From an uncultured virus (IMG/VR IMGVR_UViG_3300023172_002538) (lineage: Duplodnaviria; Heunggongvirae; Uroviricota; Caudoviricetes), in the IMG/VR virus record IMGVR_UViG_3300023172_002538: a stretch of DNA of 64,000 nucleotides; one strand, given 5' to 3'. Each line of letters opens with the position of its first letter. The first letter of the stretch is position 1. Of the stretch, positions 57,363 to 64,000 are shown piece by piece. The position numbers and the translations under genes were made by a program. The notes below the pieces were generated by a model. The model was not told the DNA's origin and did not search any database. It saw only the letters and a list, made by a program, of their open reading frames with translations.

Positions 57363-57886
57363 CTAGCCCCGTAAAAGTGCCTGACGTTGTATTCAAAACT
57401 CGGGTTCGTGATGATTCAATCCCCGGTGCAAATCCGTATCGATGGGAAGATGTGACCAGTGAAGACCTTTTCATGGGTAAGTCTGTGATCGTCTTTTCTC
57501 TTCCTGGTGCATTTACGCCGACTTGCTCTACGTATCAACTGCCCAACTTTGAAAAGTTGTATGGCGACTTCAAACAGTACGGCGTTGATGATATTTACTG
57601 CATCTCGGTCAATGATGCGTTCGTGATGAATGCATGGGCTAAAGATCAGCGATTGGTCAATGTCAAAGTAATTCCTGATGGCTCTGGTGATTTCACTGAG
57701 CAGATGGGAATGCTTGTTGCTAAAGACAATCTAGGCTTTGGCAATCGTTCGTGGCGCTATGCGATGCATGTAATTGATGGCGTGATCGTTAAAATGTTCG
57801 AAGAACCAGGTCGCGAAGATAATTGCGAAACTGACCCATACGAGGTCACTTCTCCTGAAAACATTCTGTCTTACTTCGGAGGATAA
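57359..57886 (+). CDS. peroxiredoxin (Prx5/type II)
   Basis: FSLPGAFTPTCS, SVNDAFVMNAW, PDGSG, RSWRYAM. Confidence 0.92.
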   Translation: MTSPVKVPDVVFKTRVRDDSIPGANPYRWEDVTSEDLFMGKSVIVFSLPGAFTPTCSTYQLPNFEKLYGDFKQYGVDDIYCISVNDAFVMNAWAKDQRLVNVKVIPDGSGDFTEQMGMLVAKDNLGFGNRSWRYAMHVIDGVIVKMFEEPGREDNCETDPYEVTSPENILSYFGG

Positions 57887-57887
57887 A

Positions 57888-58154
57888 ATGCAGAATCCAG
57901 AACAGTTCATTAATGCAGTAAAGCAAGGTGTTGTCACCGTTGTCTTCAAAAAGATCAACACCGACGAGATTCGTATCATGCCCTGTACGCTCAATGCTGA
58001 GATCGCAGGTAAAGAAATCGCGGTTCAAGACATGGATCCTAGCAGTAGCAACTTTGCTGTCTGGTGTCTTGACAAAGATGCATGGCGCTCGTTTCGTGTG
58101 AATACCGTAATTGAGTGGTACGAAGGCTATCCGAAAGAGGAGGCTGTTGCATGA
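57888..58154 (+). CDS. SH3/WYL-like beta-barrel protein
   Basis: VTVVFKK...RIMPCTL...VWCLDKDAWRSFRV. Confidence 0.65.
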   Translation: MQNPEQFINAVKQGVVTVVFKKINTDEIRIMPCTLNAEIAGKEIAVQDMDPSSSNFAVWCLDKDAWRSFRVNTVIEWYEGYPKEEAVA

Positions 58155-58348
58155 GAGATAAGATCGTCGAAGTCGCAAAAGCGCATTTCGAAGCAAGCAT
58201 TCACAAGCACCGAATGAATGCAGAACTCATTCTGGAGAATCCTGTGGCTGTCGCAGAACATCCAGATATGATGGAAACCCTTGAAACTGAACTAAGCAAG
58301 ATGGCTGAATATCATGATCGACTGGAAATGCTTGAAACTTACTTTTAG
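58151..58348 (+). CDS. hypothetical protein
   Basis: GAGGAGG RBS; NPVAVAEHPDMMETLE. Confidence 0.65.
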   Translation: MRDKIVEVAKAHFEASIHKHRMNAELILENPVAVAEHPDMMETLETELSKMAEYHDRLEMLETYF

Positions 58349-58520
58349 CATCTTGGCGCTACTCACCGTGAGTGGGTGCGCCAATCTCCCTTGCTGGAAC
58401 GTCTCTGTCAATGGCGGCGTTCCTGGCGTGGCTAACGGCAATGCCCGTGGTCAAATCTGCCCTCCACCCGCTCCAGAAAAAGAAGAGACTGGACAACGAA
58501 GCTTTCGACCCCCCGCTTAA
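58332..58520 (+). CDS. small Pro-rich lipoprotein
   Basis: (M)KLTFSILALLTVSGC lipobox, two further Cys, PPPAP; start uncertain (58314 or 58332). Confidence 0.5.
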   Translation: MKLTFSILALLTVSGCANLPCWNVSVNGGVPGVANGNARGQICPPPAPEKEETGQRSFRPPA

Positions 58521-58603
58521 GTCATTGATTTATAAGCTTATAACAAAAAAGTCTAAAAAAAGTTTAAAAAACCGTTGACGACCACCCAGATTCCTGCGAT
58601 AAT
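58518..58603 (+). promoter_or_regulatory. strong early promoter with upstream IHF-consensus site and A-tracts
   Basis: TAAGTCATTGATT (reverse complement fits WATCAANNNNTTR); phased A-tracts; TTGACG-17 bp-GATAAT. Confidence 0.6.
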
Positions 58604-58636
58604 TACTATGTAATTTGAGATGAGAGGTTGTTTGTT

Positions 58637-59020
58637 ATGGCGTATGTAAGTCAAGAAATGAAGAAGAAGTTGGCTCCCGGCATCAAGGCTGTACTCAAGA
58701 AGTACGGCATGAAGGGAACTCTTGCGGTTCAGCATCACAGCGGCTTAGTCTGCAACATCAAGAGCGGTAAGCTTGATGTTCTTGGTGCCCTTGAAGGTGG
58801 TAACGAGTTTGATCGAGACTACATTCAGGTCAACCCTTACTGGATCGAAGAGAACTACAACTGTCCTAAAGTTGTTGCATTTTTGAGCGAACTCAAAGCC
58901 GCTCTTGAGGGTCCTGACTTCTTCTGCAACGATGACATTATGACTGACTATTTTCACAGAAGTCACTATGTCTACATCAACGTTGGTCAGTTTGGCAAAC
59001 CTTACGTTCTGGAGGCTTAA
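58637..59020 (+). CDS. early hypothetical protein
   Basis: GAGAGG RBS; MAYVSQEMKKKLAPGIK...DDIMTDYFH. Confidence 0.7.
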   Translation: MAYVSQEMKKKLAPGIKAVLKKYGMKGTLAVQHHSGLVCNIKSGKLDVLGALEGGNEFDRDYIQVNPYWIEENYNCPKVVAFLSELKAALEGPDFFCNDDIMTDYFHRSHYVYINVGQFGKPYVLEA

Positions 59021-59022
59021 TT

Positions 59023-59295
59023 ATGTTGAAGTATGAAAACACTGCTGAGATCGGTGACGTTATCAAAGCGTTTGACTTTGAACCTATCGAGGGTCGTCAC
59101 GAGCACTTTATTGTTGGTCGTGTCATCAAGAAGGGTACTGTGATTCACCCTCTCCATAAGTTTCCGATGTTCGAAGGATTTCACATCGAGATCACAGGCG
59201 CTGACACGGACGATGATTCGCGAATCGGTGACATCGGCTACGTTCCCTTCGAAACTACTTTCGACTACGATGGTCGTGTTCAGGTGATTTCGTAA
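59023..59295 (+). CDS. hypothetical protein
   Basis: GGAGG RBS; 90 aa. Confidence 0.65.
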   Translation: MLKYENTAEIGDVIKAFDFEPIEGRHEHFIVGRVIKKGTVIHPLHKFPMFEGFHIEITGADTDDDSRIGDIGYVPFETTFDYDGRVQVIS

Positions 59296-59471
59296 TGCAT
59301 GACGCTCTAATCTACATGGTGACTTACGAAGGTCAATGGAACGGCAAGACCGGTGAGTCACCTTATACTTGGATCGAGTATTCTTGGTCTGCCGCAGAGT
59401 CGTTGAAGCAAGAACTTGAAGATCGTTATCCTGATCGGGTTTGGTCTATCGTTGAAAAGGACGTGTCATGA
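59295..59471 (+). CDS. hypothetical protein (58 aa, not in ORF track)
   Basis: TAATG and ATGA overlaps with both neighbours. Confidence 0.5.
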   Translation: MHDALIYMVTYEGQWNGKTGESPYTWIEYSWSAAESLKQELEDRYPDRVWSIVEKDVS

Positions 59472-59680
59472 GTTACGAAGAATTCAGGTCACTATATAAA
59501 AAGCTAGTGACGGAACTGTTGACTGACACCAGTCCAAAAGTTCCAAAAATGATTTATTCAAAGCAGTCGTTAGAAATCTGCGAACGTTTGTCTGATCTGT
59601 GCGAGGAGTATCCAGAATATGAAGAAAGGGTCGATAGCGAAACTTGGGGAGAGATTAATGGACGCGCTGTCGGATATTGA
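59468..59680 (+). CDS. hypothetical protein
   Basis: 70-aa packed ORF. Confidence 0.55.
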   Translation: MSYEEFRSLYKKLVTELLTDTSPKVPKMIYSKQSLEICERLSDLCEEYPEYEERVDSETWGEINGRAVGY

Positions 59681-59828
59681 CTACCGACGTGCGTTTAAGT
59701 TATCATTGATAGTTGTTCCAGTGTTGATCTGGGACATTTTTTATTTGGTCGTAGAAAAGTTCTATGACCTCTGCACTTACATCGACGATGTGGGTGGCAG
59801 TTATCTTGAAAAATTTATGGAGAAGTGA
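59658..59828 (+). CDS. small membrane hypothetical protein
   Basis: GGAG RBS; hydrophobic segment. Confidence 0.5.
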   Translation: MDALSDIDYRRAFKLSLIVVPVLIWDIFYLVVEKFYDLCTYIDDVGGSYLEKFMEK

Positions 59829-60602
59829 ATGCCACGCATCGTTGTTACTGGTCTAGGTCCTGTTGGTACTGCTGTTGGTACTGCCCTAGCAAATCATCCA
59901 GACATTGACCTGTTCTTTGATGATCCCGCTAAGGGTTCTAATTTTCCATTCGACATGGTTGACACTGTTGATGGTGTTGTTGTCTGTGTTGCTACGCCCA
60001 TGGGCGAAGACGGTTCATGTTATACTGATAACATCGTTGATGTTTTCAATAAGTATCGTGACACTAAGTACCTGATCAAGTCGACCACGAATCCCGTTTT
60101 TCTGCGTGAGTTTGATCATCTGGACATCACGTTCAGCCCTGAGTATCTGCGTGGCACAACTGGTTCAGATCCGACGCAAGAGTTTATTGATTCAGAGTTT
60201 GCGATCTATGGTGGCGGTTCTATGCGCTGGTGGCACGAGATATTCGCACCCGTTTTGCCTAATCTGAAGAACGTGCGATACATGACTGCTGAACAAGCCT
60301 CGTTTGCAAAGTACTTTTTGAATTGCTTCCTTGCAACCAAAGTGACGTTCTTTAATCAGGCTTATGAGATTTTTCAAGCATGTGGCGGTCAAGACTTCGA
60401 CGTTGTGATCGATGGTCTCTGCCTTGATCCACGTGTCGGTCGCTCGCACACTGCTGTTCCTGGTCCTGATGGAATGTTTGGTTATGGCGGACACTGTTTT
60501 CCGAAAGACATGTCTGCGTTCATGAAGTTTGGTGAAGAAGCGGGTGCTGATGTGCAGTTCTTAAAGGATACTATCGATGCAAATACCAGATACCGCTCGT
60601 AG
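59829..60602 (+). CDS. ugd: UDP-glucose/GDP-mannose 6-dehydrogenase (short phage form)
   Basis: GLGPVG, CVATP, IKST, FSPEYL, AKYFLNCFLATKVTFFN, DPRVG, GYGGHCFPKD. Confidence 0.85.
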   Translation: MPRIVVTGLGPVGTAVGTALANHPDIDLFFDDPAKGSNFPFDMVDTVDGVVVCVATPMGEDGSCYTDNIVDVFNKYRDTKYLIKSTTNPVFLREFDHLDITFSPEYLRGTTGSDPTQEFIDSEFAIYGGGSMRWWHEIFAPVLPNLKNVRYMTAEQASFAKYFLNCFLATKVTFFNQAYEIFQACGGQDFDVVIDGLCLDPRVGRSHTAVPGPDGMFGYGGHCFPKDMSAFMKFGEEAGADVQFLKDTIDANTRYRS

Positions 60603-60990
60603 CTATACGCTTGATGTGCAGGAAGATTCAGATGGTCAATATCTGATCTTTCCTGACGAAGAGATGGAGTTGCTTGGCTGGAAAGAAGGCGACGATATCG
60701 AATGGATAGACAATGGTAATGGGTCTTGGACTCTGAGGAAAAAAGAAATGCAGAAAGTGATGATCGAACTTGAAGACGAACAGGTCGATGCCATCGTTAT
60801 TCAAGAATTAAAAAATGCGATTGCGTCATTTGAGCAAAGCATTGAAGAGCGCAGTAACGGTGAAGGTCTTGCTTGGTACGACAGTGATCCGGTTAAAGAT
60901 GTGAATTATCTTGTTGACCAGGTTCGTGCGTTCATGACCGTACTTGAATATTACGGAGTGCCCGGTGAAGATTTTAATCGAAAAGTGTAG
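60577..60990 (+). CDS. AbrB/MazE-like DNA-binding domain fused to an unknown domain
   Basis: DGQYLIFPDE...LGWKEGDDIEWIDNGNGSWTLRK. Confidence 0.6.
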   Translation: MQIPDTARSYTLDVQEDSDGQYLIFPDEEMELLGWKEGDDIEWIDNGNGSWTLRKKEMQKVMIELEDEQVDAIVIQELKNAIASFEQSIEERSNGEGLAWYDSDPVKDVNYLVDQVRAFMTVLEYYGVPGEDFNRKV

Positions 60991-61162
60991 CGATCCCTCT
61001 CGTTGGTATGCAGACAAGGTTGGTCAATACGTTCCCTTTCTAGAAGATTGTGGCAACGAATATAAGTCTTTGCAAGATCCCGATCCACAGATGAGCGGTC
61101 ATCGTTTCATCAATTTCGTTTTGAAAACAGATTGTGTGCTAGTGGAGAGTTCTGATGATTGA
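60944..61162 (+). CDS. hypothetical protein
   Basis: Packed ORF; ILIEKCSDPSRWYADKVG. Confidence 0.5.
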   Translation: MNITECPVKILIEKCSDPSRWYADKVGQYVPFLEDCGNEYKSLQDPDPQMSGHRFINFVLKTDCVLVESSDD

Positions 61163-61439
61163 TAAAAGTTATGTTGAGATTGATGCCTCTTCTTGGTTGA
61201 CCAGCGATGGATATGTTGAGGTTGGTGTGTATCTTGGCGAGGGTGCTTGTGAGCCTTGTCATATCGATAAGGTAAGTCTTCTCGACTTGATCGACAAAGA
61301 CCTTCAAAGTTATACTGTTTCTTTCTCAGACCAGATCGTTGAACGTCATTTCGAAGATGTTGAGGAGCTTCTCAAGAGTCTGAAAAAAGCATACAAGTAT
61401 GCTAAGAAACGTGCGAAGGAACTGGGTTATGAAAATTGA
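61155..61439 (+). CDS. hypothetical protein
   Basis: GGAG RBS; 94 aa. Confidence 0.6.
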   Translation: MIDKSYVEIDASSWLTSDGYVEVGVYLGEGACEPCHIDKVSLLDLIDKDLQSYTVSFSDQIVERHFEDVEELLKSLKKAYKYAKKRAKELGYEN

Positions 61440-61641
61440 AGTGATTTCAGTAGACGAAGAAACCGGTAAAGTAGAGTTAGACCTCGACGAAGAAGCACGA
61501 GTGTGGTTAATAGAAGTCGGGTTCAATAAAGTTCTGCGTGATGCGATAGAGGCGAGTAATGAGCGTCAGAAGTCTGTGGGTAGGCGACTAATGGACAAAT
61601 ACTCCGGAGCACTCTCTGGTCTTGAGGCGAGTGATGATTAA
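61429..61641 (+). CDS. hypothetical protein
   Basis: AAGGA RBS; MKIEVISVDEE. Confidence 0.55.
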   Translation: MKIEVISVDEETGKVELDLDEEARVWLIEVGFNKVLRDAIEASNERQKSVGRRLMDKYSGALSGLEASDD

Positions 61642-61840
61642 ACCAGCACTAGATAAACCTTACATTACATTAATTTGTAATCCTTACGAGTATGAGTCGT
61701 CAACGAACACACGAGTAACAATTGATGTAATGGAAAAAGATTTGAGTCGAGATGATATGATTGGAGTCCTAGAAGACTTTATGAAAGCAATAGGCTATCA
61801 TTTTGATGAAGGTGAGCATTTAGGAATTGAATGGGAGTAG
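61634..61840 (+). CDS. hypothetical protein
   Basis: GAGG RBS; EDFMKAIGY. Confidence 0.55.
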   Translation: MIKPALDKPYITLICNPYEYESSTNTRVTIDVMEKDLSRDDMIGVLEDFMKAIGYHFDEGEHLGIEWE

Positions 61841-61843
61841 TAA

Positions 61844-62209
61844 ATGAAAGCAGGTAAGATATGGGGTAACACGGAACTCATCGAGCATAATAGTACGTTT
61901 GAGTTTCATCGAATCGAGTTTATGGCAAACCATTGCTGTAGCGAACACTATCATAAGACCAAGTGGAATGGTTTTTACGTTGAGTCTGGTGTTCTAATGG
62001 TACGCACTTGGCCTGATGGTACTGAGCCAAACACGTCTCGTCCGACTGTCTGTGATCAGACGATTTTGCGAGCAGGCGAGTATTACAAAGTCGAGCCTGG
62101 CAAGTGGCACCAGTTCGTAGGTATTGACGACGGTGTTGCTTTTGAGTTATACTGGGCTGAGTTTAATGCAGACGATATCGTTCGCCGTACTCAAGGACAC
62201 AAGATGTGA
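61844..62209 (+). CDS. cupin-fold protein (sugar isomerase/MPI-like)
   Basis: KIWG, CSEHYHKTKWNGFYVESG, VEPGKWHQF. Confidence 0.75.
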   Translation: MKAGKIWGNTELIEHNSTFEFHRIEFMANHCCSEHYHKTKWNGFYVESGVLMVRTWPDGTEPNTSRPTVCDQTILRAGEYYKVEPGKWHQFVGIDDGVAFELYWAEFNADDIVRRTQGHKM

Positions 62210-62487
62210 TTAAGAAAAATCCTAGTATATTTGATCTTGAGCAAGAGATCATGTCATGTTGGAATGTCACAGATGATCTCGATATGATCACTGCGCATTT
62301 TGTTGACAGTCCAGAATATACTCATATGCCTTCTGATATTGCAGATTCGATTATGAATAAATACTTCGGACTAAAGGAGGTTTATGATGTCAGGTTTAAA
62401 AAATTATGGGCTACGTTTGAAGTCGTTTGCAAAGAACATCATCGCCTTCGTAAAGAGCGTGGGGACTTCGATGATGCAAAAGATTAA
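62206..62487 (+). CDS. hypothetical protein
   Basis: FDLEQEIMSCWNVTDDL. Confidence 0.6.
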   Translation: MIKKNPSIFDLEQEIMSCWNVTDDLDMITAHFVDSPEYTHMPSDIADSIMNKYFGLKEVYDVRFKKLWATFEVVCKEHHRLRKERGDFDDAKD

Positions 62488-62683
62488 GAACTGGCTCAAA
62501 ACTCTTTTTACTGAAGAGTATGAAGTAGTTATCTGGTATGATCCTGCTAAAAGACAGGTGTACAAGATGAAGTCAATTCAGAAACTCAATCAAAACAATT
62601 TAGTGGGTGTTTTGGTCACTGGTGAGAAGTTTACGATGCAGACCCAAGAGCCCTTCAATTATCAGGTGCGAAAGATTCATTGA
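62471..62683 (+). CDS. hypothetical protein
   Basis: Packed ORF. Confidence 0.55.
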   Translation: MMQKIKNWLKTLFTEEYEVVIWYDPAKRQVYKMKSIQKLNQNNLVGVLVTGEKFTMQTQEPFNYQVRKIH

Positions 62684-62892
62684 GTGTATTCAATCGAATT
62701 GTAAAAGTGTTTGAGAGACCTATCGAAGAGAATCCTATCGACAAAGCGATTGTCGAGAATCTGCCTCAGGAAGGTGAAGTCGAAAAAGTCTATCAAGCAC
62801 GTTGGGTGTGGTATCACACGTTGTTAGCAGTAGAACTGTTCTTCACTAACGTTCTCCTGCTCTTAATTCTTTTTGTTATGGCGTTGAAATAA
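62680..62892 (+). CDS. small membrane protein
   Basis: RWVWYHTLLAVELFFTNVLLLLILF C-terminal TM segment. Confidence 0.6.
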   Translation: MSVFNRIVKVFERPIEENPIDKAIVENLPQEGEVEKVYQARWVWYHTLLAVELFFTNVLLLLILFVMALK

Positions 62893-62908
62893 TGAGTGAA
62901 GATGACAC

Positions 62909-63370
62909 GTGAAGAAAAAATTTCTTGATGCTTATATGGACACCGCGAAGCGATTCGCAGAACTCAGTACAGCCCGTCGAGCAAAAGTCGGCGCGATCAT
63001 TGTAAAGAACAATCGCATCATTTCTATTGGCTACAACGGCATGCCCGCCGGATGGGATAACAATTGTGAACATGAAGATCGACCTCATTGGGCAAAAGAT
63101 TATAAAGAGATCGATCCAATATATGTTCGATTAACCAGCAAGAAGGAAGTGTTACACGCAGAATCAAATGCCATTGCAAAGATGGCGAGAAGTCCTGAGT
63201 CTTGCGAAGGCGCAACAATGTTCTGCACACACCTGCCTTGTATGGAGTGTGCCAAACTGATCTATCAAAGTGGCATATCTCACGTTTACTATGATGTAGA
63301 GTACGAAGCCGCGAAAGGATGCGGCAAAGAGTTTTTGAAACAATGTGGAGTAGCGGTAATTAAATTATGA
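62909..63370 (+). CDS. cd: dCMP deaminase
   Basis: KVGAIIV, GYNG, HAESNAI, PCMECAK. Confidence 0.92.
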   Translation: MKKKFLDAYMDTAKRFAELSTARRAKVGAIIVKNNRIISIGYNGMPAGWDNNCEHEDRPHWAKDYKEIDPIYVRLTSKKEVLHAESNAIAKMARSPESCEGATMFCTHLPCMECAKLIYQSGISHVYYDVEYEAAKGCGKEFLKQCGVAVIKL

Positions 63371-63780
63371 AGATCGGATTCACATGTTCAACCTTTGACC
63401 TGTTACATGCGGGTCATGTCCAAATGCTTCGTGATGCCAAACAGCATTGCGACTATCTCATTTGCGGGCTTCAGGTCGATCCCTCGTTAGATCGTTCCGA
63501 AAAGAACTCGCCCGTTCAAACCCTAGTCGAGCGATACACGCAACTCAAGGCTGTCAGTTACGTAGACGAAATCATTCCGTATCAGACAGAAGAAGACCTC
63601 AAAGACATCCTTGAACTGTACCACCTCGACGTTCGTATTCTAGGCGATGAGTATCGAGACCGTGAGTTTACGGGTAAGGATATCTGCCGTCGCCGCGACA
63701 TTCAACTGTACTTTAACAAGCGGGATCATCGGTTTAGCTCCAGTGACCTCCGCCAGCGAGTAGTGAACGTAAGTGCTTGA
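63367..63780 (+). CDS. cytidylyltransferase (TagD / glycerol-3-phosphate cytidylyltransferase-like)
   Basis: TFDLLHAGH (HxGH), YVDEIIPY, RDHRFSSSDLR. Confidence 0.85.
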   Translation: MKIGFTCSTFDLLHAGHVQMLRDAKQHCDYLICGLQVDPSLDRSEKNSPVQTLVERYTQLKAVSYVDEIIPYQTEEDLKDILELYHLDVRILGDEYRDREFTGKDICRRRDIQLYFNKRDHRFSSSDLRQRVVNVSA

Positions 63781-63877
63781 TTTTATTGATTATTGATAAA
63801 ATCGATTAATGTTTCGAAAACGATAGAAAAAATTCATGAAGAAAGTGGTTGACTCTGATGCTGGTCTGTGGTAGGAT
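63770..63877 (+). promoter_or_regulatory. early promoter with upstream IHF-consensus site
   Basis: TAAGTGCTTGATT (reverse complement AATCAAGCACTTA); AT-rich spacer; TTGACT-17 bp-TAGGAT. Confidence 0.6.
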
Positions 63878-63903
63878 AGCATTTTCAGTGAGAGGACATG
63901 CCT

Positions 63904-64000
63904 ATGCTAGTTGCTTTTGACGGTCGTATCAAAAACGAGACCCTTGTTGCTGATCACTATGTTCCAGCTCTGATCAAAGCCCTTGGTCTCAGCCGTCTAC
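63904..64000 (+). CDS. start of a hypothetical early protein (truncated by the window end)
   Basis: GAGAGG RBS; frame open to the window end. Confidence 0.5.
   Translation, partial: MLVAFDGRIKNETLVADHYVPALIKALGLSRL

Noticed and set aside
1..64000. tRNA/rRNA genes, integrase, transposase, homing endonuclease, photosynthesis genes
   Set aside because: None recognised by eye. Intergenic gaps are short and mostly explained by promoters and terminators. A tRNA scan was not run.

Overview
This 64 kb window is from a large T4-like myophage (Tevenvirinae/Kyanoviridae-like gene set), probably marine. The host is probably a proteobacterium: the window has sigma70 promoters, IHF-consensus sites, lipoboxes and a TonB-box-like peptide, and no photosynthesis genes. 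Nearly all genes are on the + strand. Order: virion appendage, fibre and baseplate genes with a glycosyltransferase and a 2OG-Fe(II)-type oxygenase (1-9.3 kb); gp13-14-15; a 12 kb block of fibre paralogues, a subtilase and a gp7-like protein; gp16-17-18-19-20-67-21-22-23; gp3, uvsY, uvsW, gp55, gp47, gp46, gp45, gp44, gp62, regA, hsp20, gp43, uvsX, gp40, gp41; then small early and accessory genes. TATAAATA late promoters and sigma70-type early promoters are clear. The main unexplained signal is a strong Asp-Ser (DS[A/S/V/D]) enrichment in presumed exposed virion proteins, including a DS-cluster insertion in the major capsid protein. It co-occurs with glycosyltransferases, methyltransferases, a cytidylyltransferase and nucleotide-sugar dehydrogenases, suggesting a phage-encoded virion decoration system. 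Other notable items are phycobiliprotein-like CxRD repeats in a virion protein, [Y/F]xG[D/N] tetrapeptide-repeat proteins, a subtilase-cupredoxin fusion, a ROSE-like RNA thermometer before hsp20, a TonB-box-like secreted peptide and an orphan antisense promoter next to uvsW. All family calls come from motif recognition, not database searches, and all counts were made by hand.
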